Assembly (NCBI GenBank): GCA_963745035.1
Contig: CAVUVW010000014.1
Span: 1 to 64,000 of the forward strand
DNA from: an uncultured delta proteobacterium
Lineage (GTDB): Bacteria; Desulfobacterota; Binatia; UBA9968
DNA: 64,000 bases
Direction: 5' to 3'
Made by a program: the position numbers and the translations under genes. Positions 1 through 9,389 of this stretch are shown here, piece by piece (positions within the stretch are counted from its first letter, which is position 1; the number at the start of each line of letters is the position of its first letter). The notes below the pieces were generated by a model, which was not told the origin of the DNA, ran no database searches, and was given only the letters and a program-made list of their open reading frames with translations.

Positions 1-47
1 AGCAGCAAAACCACGCAAACAAACGCCACCGTTAGAAAAACGATCAT
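1..47 (-). CDS. 5' end of a probable secreted/membrane protein running off the left edge
   Basis: ATG at 47-45 reads MIVFLTVAFVCVVLL (hydrophobic, signal-like); only 15 codons visible. Confidence 0.3.
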   Translation of the reverse strand, partial: MIVFLTVAFVCVVLL

Positions 48-293
48 CGTCTCTACTTTATGAGGCCGATTGTCAGCGGAACAAGGCATCGACGGCTAAA
101 GGTGGCCGGCGGATTGCTCGCTGCTTTGATAGCGGTGCGGGCGAACGTTAGTACTTTCAAATAGAGTGATCGCCAAGCCGTTGGCCAGTCGGTGAGTTCA
201 ACGATCGAACCCTCGATCTTGCTCAGGGCCGGCTCCGCGTAGCGTTGGAAGGCTGGAACAAGTTGGAAGTGTCTTCAGACAGGAGCCTATCCC

Positions 294-683
294 ATGAAGC
301 TCAAGGTAGTGCTGACAGTCTCAGCGATTTACCTGGCCGTCCTTGGCGTCGGGTTCATGTTCGCCCCACGGCAAATAGGTATCGATGCCGTTCCAGCGGA
401 TGCCTCCCCGGCACTGATCGCCTATCTCCGGATTTTCGGCGGTCCCATTCTCGGGATTGCAGTGTTGAACTGGATGGCTCGGAATGCGGAGCCCTCCGCG
501 GCGCTTAACGCCATTGCTCTTGGCAATGTCGTTGGGTTTGGTTGCGTAACGCTAATGGACGTATGGGGCGTGTTCGGCGGTGGCGCACGCCCGGTCATGA
601 AACTGTTCCTTGTGATTCATCTGCTGATGACTGTCGCCTTCGTCGTGGCAGGGCGCGCCAGCATGCGAGCCGGACGACATTAG
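294..683 (+). CDS. small integral membrane protein (about 4 TM), function unknown
   Basis: 129 aa ORF with four hydrophobic segments; AGGAG RBS at 281-285. Confidence 0.75.
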   Translation: MKLKVVLTVSAIYLAVLGVGFMFAPRQIGIDAVPADASPALIAYLRIFGGPILGIAVLNWMARNAEPSAALNAIALGNVVGFGCVTLMDVWGVFGGGARPVMKLFLVIHLLMTVAFVVAGRASMRAGRH

Positions 684-742
684 ACGAGGCAATTCCGCCG
701 AGGCGACGCAGTTTAAGAGCGCTGGAGCTTCGATTTAGTTTT

Positions 743-773
743 TCTGTTGCCTGTTGCCCGTTGCCTGATGCCT
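743..773. repeat. short heptamer tandem repeat (CTGTTGC-type) between convergent genes
   Basis: ctgttgc ctgttgc ccgttgc ctgatgc; a reverse-complement relative lies at 56802-56832. Confidence 0.6.
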
Positions 774-841
774 TTAGAAATAGAGTCAACGCGACGATCT
801 CTCGTCTCGAGCCAAGCTTGACCTTCGCTTCTTAGTGGAGC

Positions 842-2134
842 TCATGTCGATTTCGCGAACACCCGGTAGACAGCCTTGGCCCCTTCCAGGAGACGATGAT
901 CCTGATTGCGGTGACCGATGAGCTGAATGCCGACGGGCAGACCGGTCGGTCCGGTGAACACGGGCAAGGTGACGCAAGGAGTATAGGTCCACGTCGAGAG
1001 AATATTGAACGAGGTATCGCCCGTGCTGGCCAGTCCTGCCGGAGCCTCTCCGAGAGCGCTCGGCGTAAGCAGCAGGTCGATATCCTTCATCGAGTCGGCG
1101 AGAACTCCGCGGCACTGACCGAGCACGGCTTCGGCTTCTCGGTATTGGTCGTAGGAGAGATTGAGCCAGCCGGTAAGTTTGTCGCGCTGGAACTCGCTCA
1201 AAAGGTCCCAATGATGACTGCGTTCCCAGGTGAGGCCGCGGGAGAACTCGTAATCATTGATGCGCCGGCCCATGGCCTCGAACTGTTCGAACGGCTTGCC
1301 GAGATCGAAATCGGTGACCTTCGCTCCGGCTTTCGCCAGCGTGCGTGCCGCTTCTTCGAGTAACGTTTTCGTGTACTTCTCCGCGCGGTCCCAGAACATG
1401 GTCCGGCAAAAGCCGATCTTGAGCTCATTCACCGGAATGGCGGCCAGAGGTTTCGCGGCGAATCCTGTAACGGCGGCGCGAAACAGAGCGAGGTCCTCGA
1501 CCGCCCGGGCGAAAAGCCCCACAGTGTCGAAGGACGCGGTATTCTGCTTGACGCCCTGCGTGCTCACTTCGCCGAAGCTCGGTTTGTAGCCGACGCAGCC
1601 GCAGAACGCTGCGGGACGAATCACCGATCCGACCGTCTGGGTGCCAAACGCCAACGGCACCATCGAATCGCCGACTGCGGCGGCGGAGCCGCTGGACGAA
1701 CCGCCGGGCGTATGCGCGGGGTTGTGCGGATTCGTCGTCTTTCCCAATGGAGCTCGACTGGCAAACTCGGTCGTCACCGTCTTGCCCAATAGCACCCCGC
1801 CGGCCGCGCGGCTCAATGCCACACACGCGGCGTCCGCTGCGGGACGGTAGCCTTTGTAGATCGGCGATCCGTACTCGGTCGGCAAATCGGCCGTGTCCAT
1901 GATGTCCTTGGCCGCGAATGGAATTCCGTGAATCGGACCGCGGCTCGCGCTCCGGTCGCATTCCCGCGCCTGCGCCAGGGCAAACTCGCGGTCCAAATGG
2001 ACCCACGCTTTGACTTGCGATTCCCGCGAATCGATCCGCTCGAGACAGGAGCGTACCAAAGCTTCCGACGTGAGTTTGCCTTCGCGTATGCGCGCCGCCG
2101 CTTCACTCGCCGACAACTGAAATAAATCTGCCAT
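842..2134 (-). CDS. amidase signature family protein
   Basis: KD..GGSSSGS..GTQTVGSVIRPA amidase signature; probable start MADLFQL at 2134 preceded by GGGAG. Confidence 0.9.
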   Translation of the reverse strand: MADLFQLSASEAAARIREGKLTSEALVRSCLERIDSRESQVKAWVHLDREFALAQARECDRSASRGPIHGIPFAAKDIMDTADLPTEYGSPIYKGYRPAADAACVALSRAAGGVLLGKTVTTEFASRAPLGKTTNPHNPAHTPGGSSSGSAAAVGDSMVPLAFGTQTVGSVIRPAAFCGCVGYKPSFGEVSTQGVKQNTASFDTVGLFARAVEDLALFRAAVTGFAAKPLAAIPVNELKIGFCRTMFWDRAEKYTKTLLEEAARTLAKAGAKVTDFDLGKPFEQFEAMGRRINDYEFSRGLTWERSHHWDLLSEFQRDKLTGWLNLSYDQYREAEAVLGQCRGVLADSMKDIDLLLTPSALGEAPAGLASTGDTSFNILSTWTYTPCVTLPVFTGPTGLPVGIQLIGHRNQDHRLLEGAKAVYRVFAKST

Positions 2135-2272
2135 GTGCTTCTCCCTCAAACTCAGGTCGAATCCGAACAACGTCTGCGAACATAACCGAGCAGGCGCTGC
2201 TACTGCAAGAATAGACTGATCCTGCGAGACGGTCGATCTGTGCCCGGCCTCACCGAGCGGCGGTGTACTCGG

Positions 2273-2324
2273 ATATGAATTATAATTCATATATAAATTA
2301 GCAATATGTTGATTTATAGTTCAT
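2273..2324. promoter_or_regulatory. palindromic operator (BzdR/BoxR-box-like) in the divergent promoter region
   Basis: perfect 20-bp palindrome ATATGAATTATAATTCATAT at 2273-2292; second box TTGATTTATAGTTCAT at 2309-2324 matches the core at 13/16. Confidence 0.6.
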
Positions 2325-2343
2325 CAATGGTTAAGCTTATTTC

Positions 2344-3087
2344 ATGGCAATAAAAGCGGAGGTAATCATGTTTACGGACAAAGTTGGCTTGAAGGACTTT
2401 TCCAAGATGGATCCTGAATATCAGGAATTGTTGAAGCGCGTGCTGGCGATTCAGGCGGACTGTGAAATCGGCGGACCGCACCTCTACTTGAAAGACATCA
2501 TGACGGGCGCACCGACCAAGGCCGACCAGCTTATGGTCGCCAAGACGGCGGCGGAAGAATTGGATCACTATCGAAAAATCGCCCGGTTGGCCGGTGATAT
2601 CGGCGAGGATGTATCTTACGTTCTCAGCTGGCCCAACCAGAAACGCTATGTCGAAGCGTTTCGCGGCCAGATCACGACCTGGGAGGATTTCGCGATTTTC
2701 GGGTTCTTGATCGATCGGGTCGGACGCTACCAGCTCGAAGAGTTCATGAACTGCAGCTATCAGCCGTTGGCTGAGATCCTGCCCGTCATTCTCAAGGAAG
2801 AGATCGGCCATGTGGGTTTCGGCGGCAGCAAGGCGGCGGAGCTGATGGCGAAGGGCGACGAGAGCAGGGAACGTTTGCAGAACGCGCTAAATTATTGGTA
2901 CGTGAAGGCGCTGGATATGTTCGGTCGCGCCGAATCGAAACGGTCGGAACGATACCGCTTCTGGGGACTCAAGCGCCGCAGCAACGAACAAGCGCGCAAG
3001 GAATTTATCGCCGAGGTCAATCCCTTGATCGTGAAGCTGGGGTTGCAAGTGCCCGACGCTCATCAGGAGGAACGCCTGTACCATTGA
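2344..3087 (+). CDS. ferritin-like di-iron protein, PaaA/PaaC/BoxB (aryl-CoA epoxidase) family
   Basis: E..EELDH and D..EEIGH di-iron motifs; W..ALDMFG and 'GLKRRSNEQAR' resemble PaaA; alternative start 2368. Confidence 0.8.
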   Translation: MAIKAEVIMFTDKVGLKDFSKMDPEYQELLKRVLAIQADCEIGGPHLYLKDIMTGAPTKADQLMVAKTAAEELDHYRKIARLAGDIGEDVSYVLSWPNQKRYVEAFRGQITTWEDFAIFGFLIDRVGRYQLEEFMNCSYQPLAEILPVILKEEIGHVGFGGSKAAELMAKGDESRERLQNALNYWYVKALDMFGRAESKRSERYRFWGLKRRSNEQARKEFIAEVNPLIVKLGLQVPDAHQEERLYH

Positions 3088-4014
3088 CGCCGAAGCGAAA
3101 GGATGATGACCGGGATCCGAAGGCGGCCAGTCGCGCCTACCTGGCAAGCTTCGGAGAACGGGTCCGGACGCTGCGCGAGAGGCAGGGCGTTACCTTGAAG
3201 CAGCTCGCGCAGCTCTCCGGGCTGAGCGACCGCTACATCATCCAGGTCGAGCAAGGCGCGGCAAATCCTTCCCTCGAAAGCGTCTTGCGCCTGGCGCTTG
3301 CGCTGCAAACCTCCGTGACGGGCCTTCTGCCGGAAGACGCGAAAAACGCGACGGCTAGCGCGTCCGGCGCGGAAAATCTTACAGCTCCTCGAAGGCCGCT
3401 CGAGCGAGCAGATCGCGCGGATTGCCGATGCCGTTTCTGCTTTCCTCGAGCCCGGCAAGGGACGGCATATCGCCCTCGTCGGCATGCGCGGGGCGGGCAA
3501 GACCACTCTCGGCCAGCTTCTGGCCCGGCGCATGACGGTGCCCTTTTATGAGCTCGACCAGTTGATCGAGAACGACACCGGTCTATCCCTGGCGGAGATT
3601 TTCGATCTCGAGGGAGAAGAGTACTACCGGGCCGTGGAAGAGAAGACGCTCACGAAAGTTTTGAAGCGGAAACGCGGCATCATCGCCGCCGGGGGCGGTC
3701 TCGTGATGAACCCGACCGCGCTTTTTTTGCTCAAGCTCAACGCGTCGATCGTCTGGCTGCAGGCCGCTCCGGAAGCCCTGCTCGCCCGGGTCCGGAGCAG
3801 CAAGGACCAGACGCGGTTGGGCGCCTATCCTCAAGCCAGCAAACAATTGAAGGCCATTCTGGATCGACGAACTCCTTACTATGCGCAGGCGGACCTGGTC
3901 ATCGACACCACGCACAAATCGCCCGAAGCGATCGTCGATGCCATCGTGCACGCCTTCACTGATCAATCGGTGGCAGGACGGCAGAGAACGCCACCACCCT
4001 TGGCAGGCCGATAA
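3084..4014 (+). CDS. BzdR/BoxR-type regulator (XRE HTH + shikimate-kinase-like domain), one frameshift near 3342-3346
   Basis: HTH 'FGERVRTLRERQGVTLKQLAQLSGLSDRYIIQVEQGAANPSL' in one frame; 'HIALVGMRGAGKTTLG' P-loop in another; A5 run at the switch; TTG start overlaps the upstream TGA, AGGAGG RBS. Confidence 0.8.
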
Positions 4015-4029
4015 CAAGTCGCGGTAGAG

Positions 4030-5007
4030 TCAATCGTCGCGGGCGACGCGAAAGCCTCGGCTGTAGAGGCGGACGACGATAGGGCTGCCGACGCGGTACG
4101 CCGAGCGCACGCCGAGCGGGTTGTCATCCCATGAGCCGCCGCGCACGGCACGCATGAAACATTCGCCGCTGGCCCGCGCACTGCCGTCGGTGGGCGCGCC
4201 TTTATAGTCGCCGTTCCAGCAGTCCTGTGTCCACTCGCCTACGTTGCCCAGCATGTCGTGCAGGCCAAACCCGTTGGCGCGATAACTGCCTACCGGGGCG
4301 GTGAAAGCATAGCGATCGCGGCAATTGGCGACATGGGAACCGATAGCGTCCGGAATTTGCGTCTGTGCGGTCTGATCGGCGCCGTTTGCATATTCGCAGG
4401 ACCCGTCGCCATCGTTACCCCAATAACGTGCTGTCACGGCGCCCGCTCGGGCGGCATATTCCCATTCGGCTTCGGACAGCAGGCGATAGTTTTTGCCGGT
4501 TGTCTGGCTGAGCCACCTCGCATAAGCGTTGGCATCCTCCCAGCTGACACACGCCGCCGGGTGAGCATCGTCCTGGCTAAAGCCGGTATTGCGCCAGCTC
4601 TTCGTGGGGTCGATCGCGAAATCGTTCCCGGTCCAGACAAAGCATCCGTCGCCGCCGCGTTTCGTTGCCTCGGCGAACACTCGGTACTGGCCTCGTGTGA
4701 TCTCATATTTGCCGGCAGCGAAACTTCGCACGGTCACCTCACGCTGCGGCTGGCTGCGATAGCGAAACGGTTCGCTTAGTTGTTCGCGCTCTTCCTCTCC
4801 CGGCGCTGCGCCCATTACGAACCGTCCACCCGGAATCGACGCCATCTCCGGGCAATCCGGACAGTCCCTGAACGAAAACCCGGGTGCATGTATCGGAGAC
4901 GGCTGTGTAGCGGTATCGGCGGCGTGGGCCGGGAAAACCGGCACGCCGCAGGCACCGAACTGCAGCAACGCGAGCGCGCAGCTACCCGCTATCGTCGCCC
5001 GCATCAT
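4030..5007 (-). CDS. formylglycine-generating-enzyme (FGE-sulfatase) domain protein, secreted
   Basis: RLLSEAEWEYAARAG, NGFGLHDMLGNVGEW, RGGSW, GFRVAR; N-terminal signal-like segment. Confidence 0.9.
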   Translation of the reverse strand: MMRATIAGSCALALLQFGACGVPVFPAHAADTATQPSPIHAPGFSFRDCPDCPEMASIPGGRFVMGAAPGEEEREQLSEPFRYRSQPQREVTVRSFAAGKYEITRGQYRVFAEATKRGGDGCFVWTGNDFAIDPTKSWRNTGFSQDDAHPAACVSWEDANAYARWLSQTTGKNYRLLSEAEWEYAARAGAVTARYWGNDGDGSCEYANGADQTAQTQIPDAIGSHVANCRDRYAFTAPVGSYRANGFGLHDMLGNVGEWTQDCWNGDYKGAPTDGSARASGECFMRAVRGGSWDDNPLGVRSAYRVGSPIVVRLYSRGFRVARDD

Positions 5008-5202
5008 TGAGAGTTTGTTGCATGGGCACCTTCAGGGGGTTGCGCCAAAACTTTATCCGCTTACAATCGATAACGTCACGAATGAAAGCCTCTGCGGTTC
5101 GAACTGAGCCGCTAAGTCCATTTGTGACCGATTCCTGACCGCGTAATCAACACTAAAGAATCAATAGGTCAGCCCTGACAGCAACAATTCAGGAGAATTT
5201 TC

Positions 5203-5416
5203 ATGCGACGATTTCTTTTCGCCTGCCATGTTTCTGCTGCTCGTCGGCTGCGGCGATAAAGCGAAGGATTTATTCGACACCGCGCAGCTCGAAGAGAAGC
5301 AGAACAACAGGCCGCACGCTACGAAACTTTATCGGCAGCTCGTAGAAGAATATCCCGACTCGCCTTACGCGAATCAAGCGAAGACTCGCTTGGCGGAATT
5401 GGAGAAAGCGCGTTAG
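5203..5416 (+). CDS. small TPR-like lipoprotein (probable frameshift in the signal peptide, or start at 5228)
   Basis: lipobox LVGC; 'ATKLYRQLVEEYPDSPYANQAK' TPR-like; AGGAG RBS precedes ATG 5203, which is out of frame with 5228. Confidence 0.65.
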
Positions 5417-5738
5417 ATATTCATGGCGAGGAGACGTGCGGTCACCGATCCGACCAACGGCGATGTTTACGTGGCGGACGTGAAGACACGAACACCACTG
5501 ATGATCGAAATAATTCAATAACTGCCTGACCCCACAATTTGGGTACCCGCCTGATACTGTTTCTGCGCTTGTGCCCGTCTCTTGCCGAATTGCGCGAGTT
5601 ATCCAGCCGGTGCTCTGAAATTCCCGCGTCAGGCGGCCTGGGCAAACCAGGTGCCGATGGCTCATACGACTATTTACTCGCCATTCGTACGTAATACACT
5701 GAGGGTGGTCGATTCCAACTCGCAAGAGGATAAAACCG

Positions 5739-6887
5739 ATGAATCCCCTTCCACAGCCAGATTCAGAATCGGAACAGCGAGCGTCGTCCCCGCTGCTGGA
5801 TGTATTGATTCGCGCTAGTTTGATTGGCGTACTGGCGGTGCTGTGCTACCAAATCTTTTCGCCATTTTTGACGCTGATGGTCTGGTCAATCATCTTAGCG
5901 GTCACGTTGTATCCGTTGCATCAATGGCTCGCCCACAAGGTCGGCGGGAAGCAATGGCTCGCCTCGACTATTCTGGTGATCGTCGGCCTTTTGTTGATCA
6001 TCACTCCGACGGCGTTGCTGATGAACTCGTTTGCCGACTCGCTCCGTCATTTCATCGACGCCGTGCAACAAAACACGCTGGCAGTACCCGCCCCGCCAGA
6101 GGGCGTTGAGAAATGGCCGCTAGTCGGCAAGCAGATCCACGATGTGTGGTCGAAAGCTCATAGTGACCTGCCCGCGTTCGTGCAGAGTATGCAACCGAAG
6201 ATCGGCGAATTGGCCCAGAAAGCAGTTGCTACGATCGCCAGCATTGGCAGCGGCCTGTTGCTGTTTCTAATCTCATTGCTCGTCGCCAGCATCCTGATGG
6301 CATACGGTGAATCAGGCGCGCGCGCCAGTCGGGCGATTTTCGTTCGGGTTGCTGGTGCCGCGGCAGGCGAGGCCCTCGCCAAACTCTCCACGGCAACCAT
6401 CCGCGCCGTCGCGCTAGGCGTCGTCGGCGTCGCCTTCATTCAGGCAACCCTCATCGGATTGGCGCTGCTGCTCGCCGGCGTACCGGCGGCGGGCGTGTTG
6501 GCGGCCATCGCGCTCGTATTGGGTATTGCCCAAGTGCCAGCCCTCATCGTCACCGTTCCAGTCATCGTTTACATCTGGTGGAGTGGTGATCACGGCACCG
6601 CGGCGGCGATCACACATACCATCATCCTGCTGGTGACCGGCATGGCGGACAACGTTCTGAAGCCGCTGATGCTGGGTCGCGGCGTCGACGCACCCATGCC
6701 GGTGGTCCTGCTCGGCGCATTGGGCGGTATGGCGACCGGCGGAATTTTAGGAATGTTTGTCGGTGCGACGTTGTTGGCGCTTGGGTATCAAATCTTCATG
6801 GGTTGGATCGCCACCAGTCCGAACTCGGATCCGGCAGTGTCACACAACCAAGAGACTGGACTGGGCAATATCGGGCCAAAAACTTAA
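5739..6887 (+). CDS. AI-2E family transporter
   Basis: multiple TMs; DNVLKP.LMGRG and GGILGMFVG motifs. Confidence 0.9.
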   Translation: MNPLPQPDSESEQRASSPLLDVLIRASLIGVLAVLCYQIFSPFLTLMVWSIILAVTLYPLHQWLAHKVGGKQWLASTILVIVGLLLIITPTALLMNSFADSLRHFIDAVQQNTLAVPAPPEGVEKWPLVGKQIHDVWSKAHSDLPAFVQSMQPKIGELAQKAVATIASIGSGLLLFLISLLVASILMAYGESGARASRAIFVRVAGAAAGEALAKLSTATIRAVALGVVGVAFIQATLIGLALLLAGVPAAGVLAAIALVLGIAQVPALIVTVPVIVYIWWSGDHGTAAAITHTIILLVTGMADNVLKPLMLGRGVDAPMPVVLLGALGGMATGGILGMFVGATLLALGYQIFMGWIATSPNSDPAVSHNQETGLGNIGPKT

Positions 6888-7214
6888 AGCTGTGCCGGAT
6901 GTTCGGACCAGTTCGATCTGTGGTGTGCTGGGTAGGACCAGCACAAGTCGTTAAAGATAGAGAAATCTTGCCGTACTACCCCGTCGGAGACTTACGTGGT
7001 TTGAATCCAGCATGGTCCAATACGCGCAGACCGAACCGCTTCTTGGCCTGGAAAACTCAGTGCAAATTCCGCCGAGATTTCGCGGAAAGTTCAGTGAAAT
7101 GGCTTCTCGTAAGAGCGATGAGTGATATGGCGATATAAAGTGCGGGAAAAACCGTCCGAGAGTTCAAGCGGGAGCAGACGTGGACTTTTCTTTCGCATTG
7201 GAGTACTCGGGGTC

Positions 7215-8267
7215 ATGGCGATGCGCAGAAACAGCAGATTAGGATTCCATTTTGAGCCGGCGCAATGGCGCGCCGCAAACGCTCGATTCAGCTCGATGGT
7301 TATCGCGCTGATTTTTCTCGCCGCTACCGCTGCGGCGGCACGTGGCGCCGATCAGGTGACGACTGCCTATCAATCCGTCACGATCGGGAGCTCCACCCCG
7401 CTATGGATCGCCAAGGACGCGGGTTTTTTTGAGCGGCAAGGACTCGACGTGAAGATCGTGTTTGTCGAGGGAAGCCCGCGTACCATGCAGACGCTCATCG
7501 CGGGAGAATCGCAGATCGTCGAATCCACAGGCCCGGCAGTGCTCAACGCCCGTGCGGCCGGGTCTCCCGTGGTGATCGTCGCCGGTTACGTCAACGTGAT
7601 GCCGTACTACCTGATCGTCGACAACTCGATCAATTCTCCGGCCGACCTGAAAGGCAAAGTGGGCGCCAATCATATGCCCGGAACCGCGGCCGACACCGTT
7701 ATTCGCATCGGTCTGAAAGCGCTCGGGCTGGATCCGGATCGGGACGTGTCGCTCCGCGCGATCGGCAACACGCCGATGCGTTTGCAGGCGATGTCGGCGG
7801 GCGCCGCTCAGTTTATGGTCGCTCAGGATCTCGAGCTTGTGCAGGCGAAACGCCTCGGTTTCAAGCTTCTCGTGGACTACGTGGCCAACAAAACTCCCTT
7901 CCCCATGGGCGGTGCCGTGACAACTCAGCGCTACGCGAAGGAGCAGCGTGACACCGTGCTGCGCTACGTAAAAGCCATGGCTCAGGCGTTGCACTATTTG
8001 AAGACCAACAGAGAAGGCTCGCTGAAGATTATCTCCCGCTACGCGCGTTTCCAGAATCCCGAGCTGATGGGAGCCGCGTTCGATGCCGCCCGGCGTCTGT
8101 ACAGCGAGATCCCTATGCCGCCGACCGAAGGATTCGATCTCGTTGCCAAGGAACTTGCCCAGCGCAATCCGAAGCTACGCGATGTCGACACGAAATCTGT
8201 GGTCGACTTGCAGTTTGTCAGAGAGCTCGAGCAAAGCGGCTTTCTGAAAAGCCTGAAGGGGAATTAG
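7215..8267 (+). CDS. ABC-type substrate-binding protein, NMT1/THI5/SsuA-like (no partner genes adjacent)
   Basis: PLWIAKDAGFFERQGLDV and DLKGK motifs; signal peptide; start uncertain (7215/7296). Confidence 0.85.
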   Translation: MAMRRNSRLGFHFEPAQWRAANARFSSMVIALIFLAATAAAARGADQVTTAYQSVTIGSSTPLWIAKDAGFFERQGLDVKIVFVEGSPRTMQTLIAGESQIVESTGPAVLNARAAGSPVVIVAGYVNVMPYYLIVDNSINSPADLKGKVGANHMPGTAADTVIRIGLKALGLDPDRDVSLRAIGNTPMRLQAMSAGAAQFMVAQDLELVQAKRLGFKLLVDYVANKTPFPMGGAVTTQRYAKEQRDTVLRYVKAMAQALHYLKTNREGSLKIISRYARFQNPELMGAAFDAARRLYSEIPMPPTEGFDLVAKELAQRNPKLRDVDTKSVVDLQFVRELEQSGFLKSLKGN

Positions 8268-8379
8268 TCCGGCGAACAGACACGGCTTTCCTCTGTCGCG
8301 CTACACCGTTCTCCAAGACTGTAGACGTACCTTGGAATCAACGATAAAAATAAATCTTACAAGCCAGACCGCCGCAACC

Positions 8380-9231
8380 ATGCGTTGTCTGCTCGCCCTG
8401 GCCTGTTTGTTGATTCTTCCCGCCGAGACTCCCGCAGAACTAGTAAGTTTTCCTGGCGCGGTGGCCGAAGGGTATTCGGCGGCTTCAGAGGTGAAGGGCG
8501 ATCTAGAACTTCCCGAAGCAAAGGCGGGAGGCAAGCTCCCGGTCGTGCTCGTTCTGCATGGAAGCGCGGGCATCGACGGGCGCGGTGCGTTTCATGGAAA
8601 AGCACTCAATGCGGCGGGGATCGGTACACTGGAGATCTTCATGTTTTCTCGCGGCAACCGACCGCGCGCTGGGCGGAACGAAAACTTAACGCACATGTAT
8701 GGCGCATTGAAGTATCTGGCTTGCCGACCAGAAATCGACCAGGGGCGCATTGGCGTAATGGGTTTTTCGTGGGGAGGCGGGCTCTCTCTGAGTGCAGCCT
8801 CTGCAACTCTTACGCAGCTATTCACGGGCGGGCAGGTCCGCTTTGCCGCCCATGCACCATTCTATCCCGTTTGCTGGTCCCACCTTCGGATGACTTCTGA
8901 CCTCAAGTCATCCGGCTATGGTCGGTACAAAACGCTTACAGGCGCTCCCGTCCTGATGTTCGCGGGCGGGGAGGACGATTATGACGAGCCAGACACTTGC
9001 CAGAAATTCATTGCTTCGCTTGGTGAAGAAGCGCGGAGCCATGTTTCTCTCAAATACTATCCGAGCGCCACGCATGGTTGGGACATTCAGGAGCGGGCGA
9101 GAGTGTTCTATGAGAACTCGGCTGCGCTCGGTAAAGGAGCCAAGGTCCGCATGACTCCCAATCGCGAAGTTGCCGAGGATTCGCGTCGGACCGTTGTGGA
9201 GTTTTTCGTCCAGCACATGAGAGCGCCGTGA
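8380..9231 (+). CDS. dienelactone hydrolase family alpha/beta hydrolase
   Basis: HGSAG, GFSWGG nucleophile elbow, YP.ATHGWD catalytic His. Confidence 0.85.
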   Translation: MRCLLALACLLILPAETPAELVSFPGAVAEGYSAASEVKGDLELPEAKAGGKLPVVLVLHGSAGIDGRGAFHGKALNAAGIGTLEIFMFSRGNRPRAGRNENLTHMYGALKYLACRPEIDQGRIGVMGFSWGGGLSLSAASATLTQLFTGGQVRFAAHAPFYPVCWSHLRMTSDLKSSGYGRYKTLTGAPVLMFAGGEDDYDEPDTCQKFIASLGEEARSHVSLKYYPSATHGWDIQERARVFYENSAALGKGAKVRMTPNREVAEDSRRTVVEFFVQHMRAP

Positions 9232-9270
9232 ATGCTGGGGTATCCCGAACAGCAGAAGCCGTTCAATCAA

Positions 9271-9347
9271 GCCGCACGCGACGAAACTTTATCGGCAGGC
9301 GTGAACAATATCCCGACTCACCTTACGCGCATCAGGCGAAGACTCGC
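9271..9347 (+). pseudogene. degenerate copy of the 3' part of the TPR-like lipoprotein gene (5311-5389)
   Basis: gccgcacgcgacgaaactttatcggcag...tatcccgactcaccttacgcg...aagactcgc aligns with 5311-5389. Confidence 0.8.
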
Positions 9348-9389
9348 CAGTACCTCACACGCGGCATTTGGGATCGATAACGCTCTGAA

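Noticed and set aside
140-210. Integron attC site / cassette array explaining the gene mosaic
   Set aside because: No paired RYYYAAC...GTTRRRY boxes with a proper stem found here or between other genes; genes are in both orientations; no intI
3340-3375. Programmed frameshift producing two regulator forms
   Set aside because: Only an A5 run, no slippery heptamer or clear stimulator; similar indels are common across the window
3484-4014. Stand-alone shikimate kinase aroK
   Set aside because: ORF starts inside the P-loop strand and its frame continues upstream toward the XRE HTH, matching BzdR/BoxR architecture
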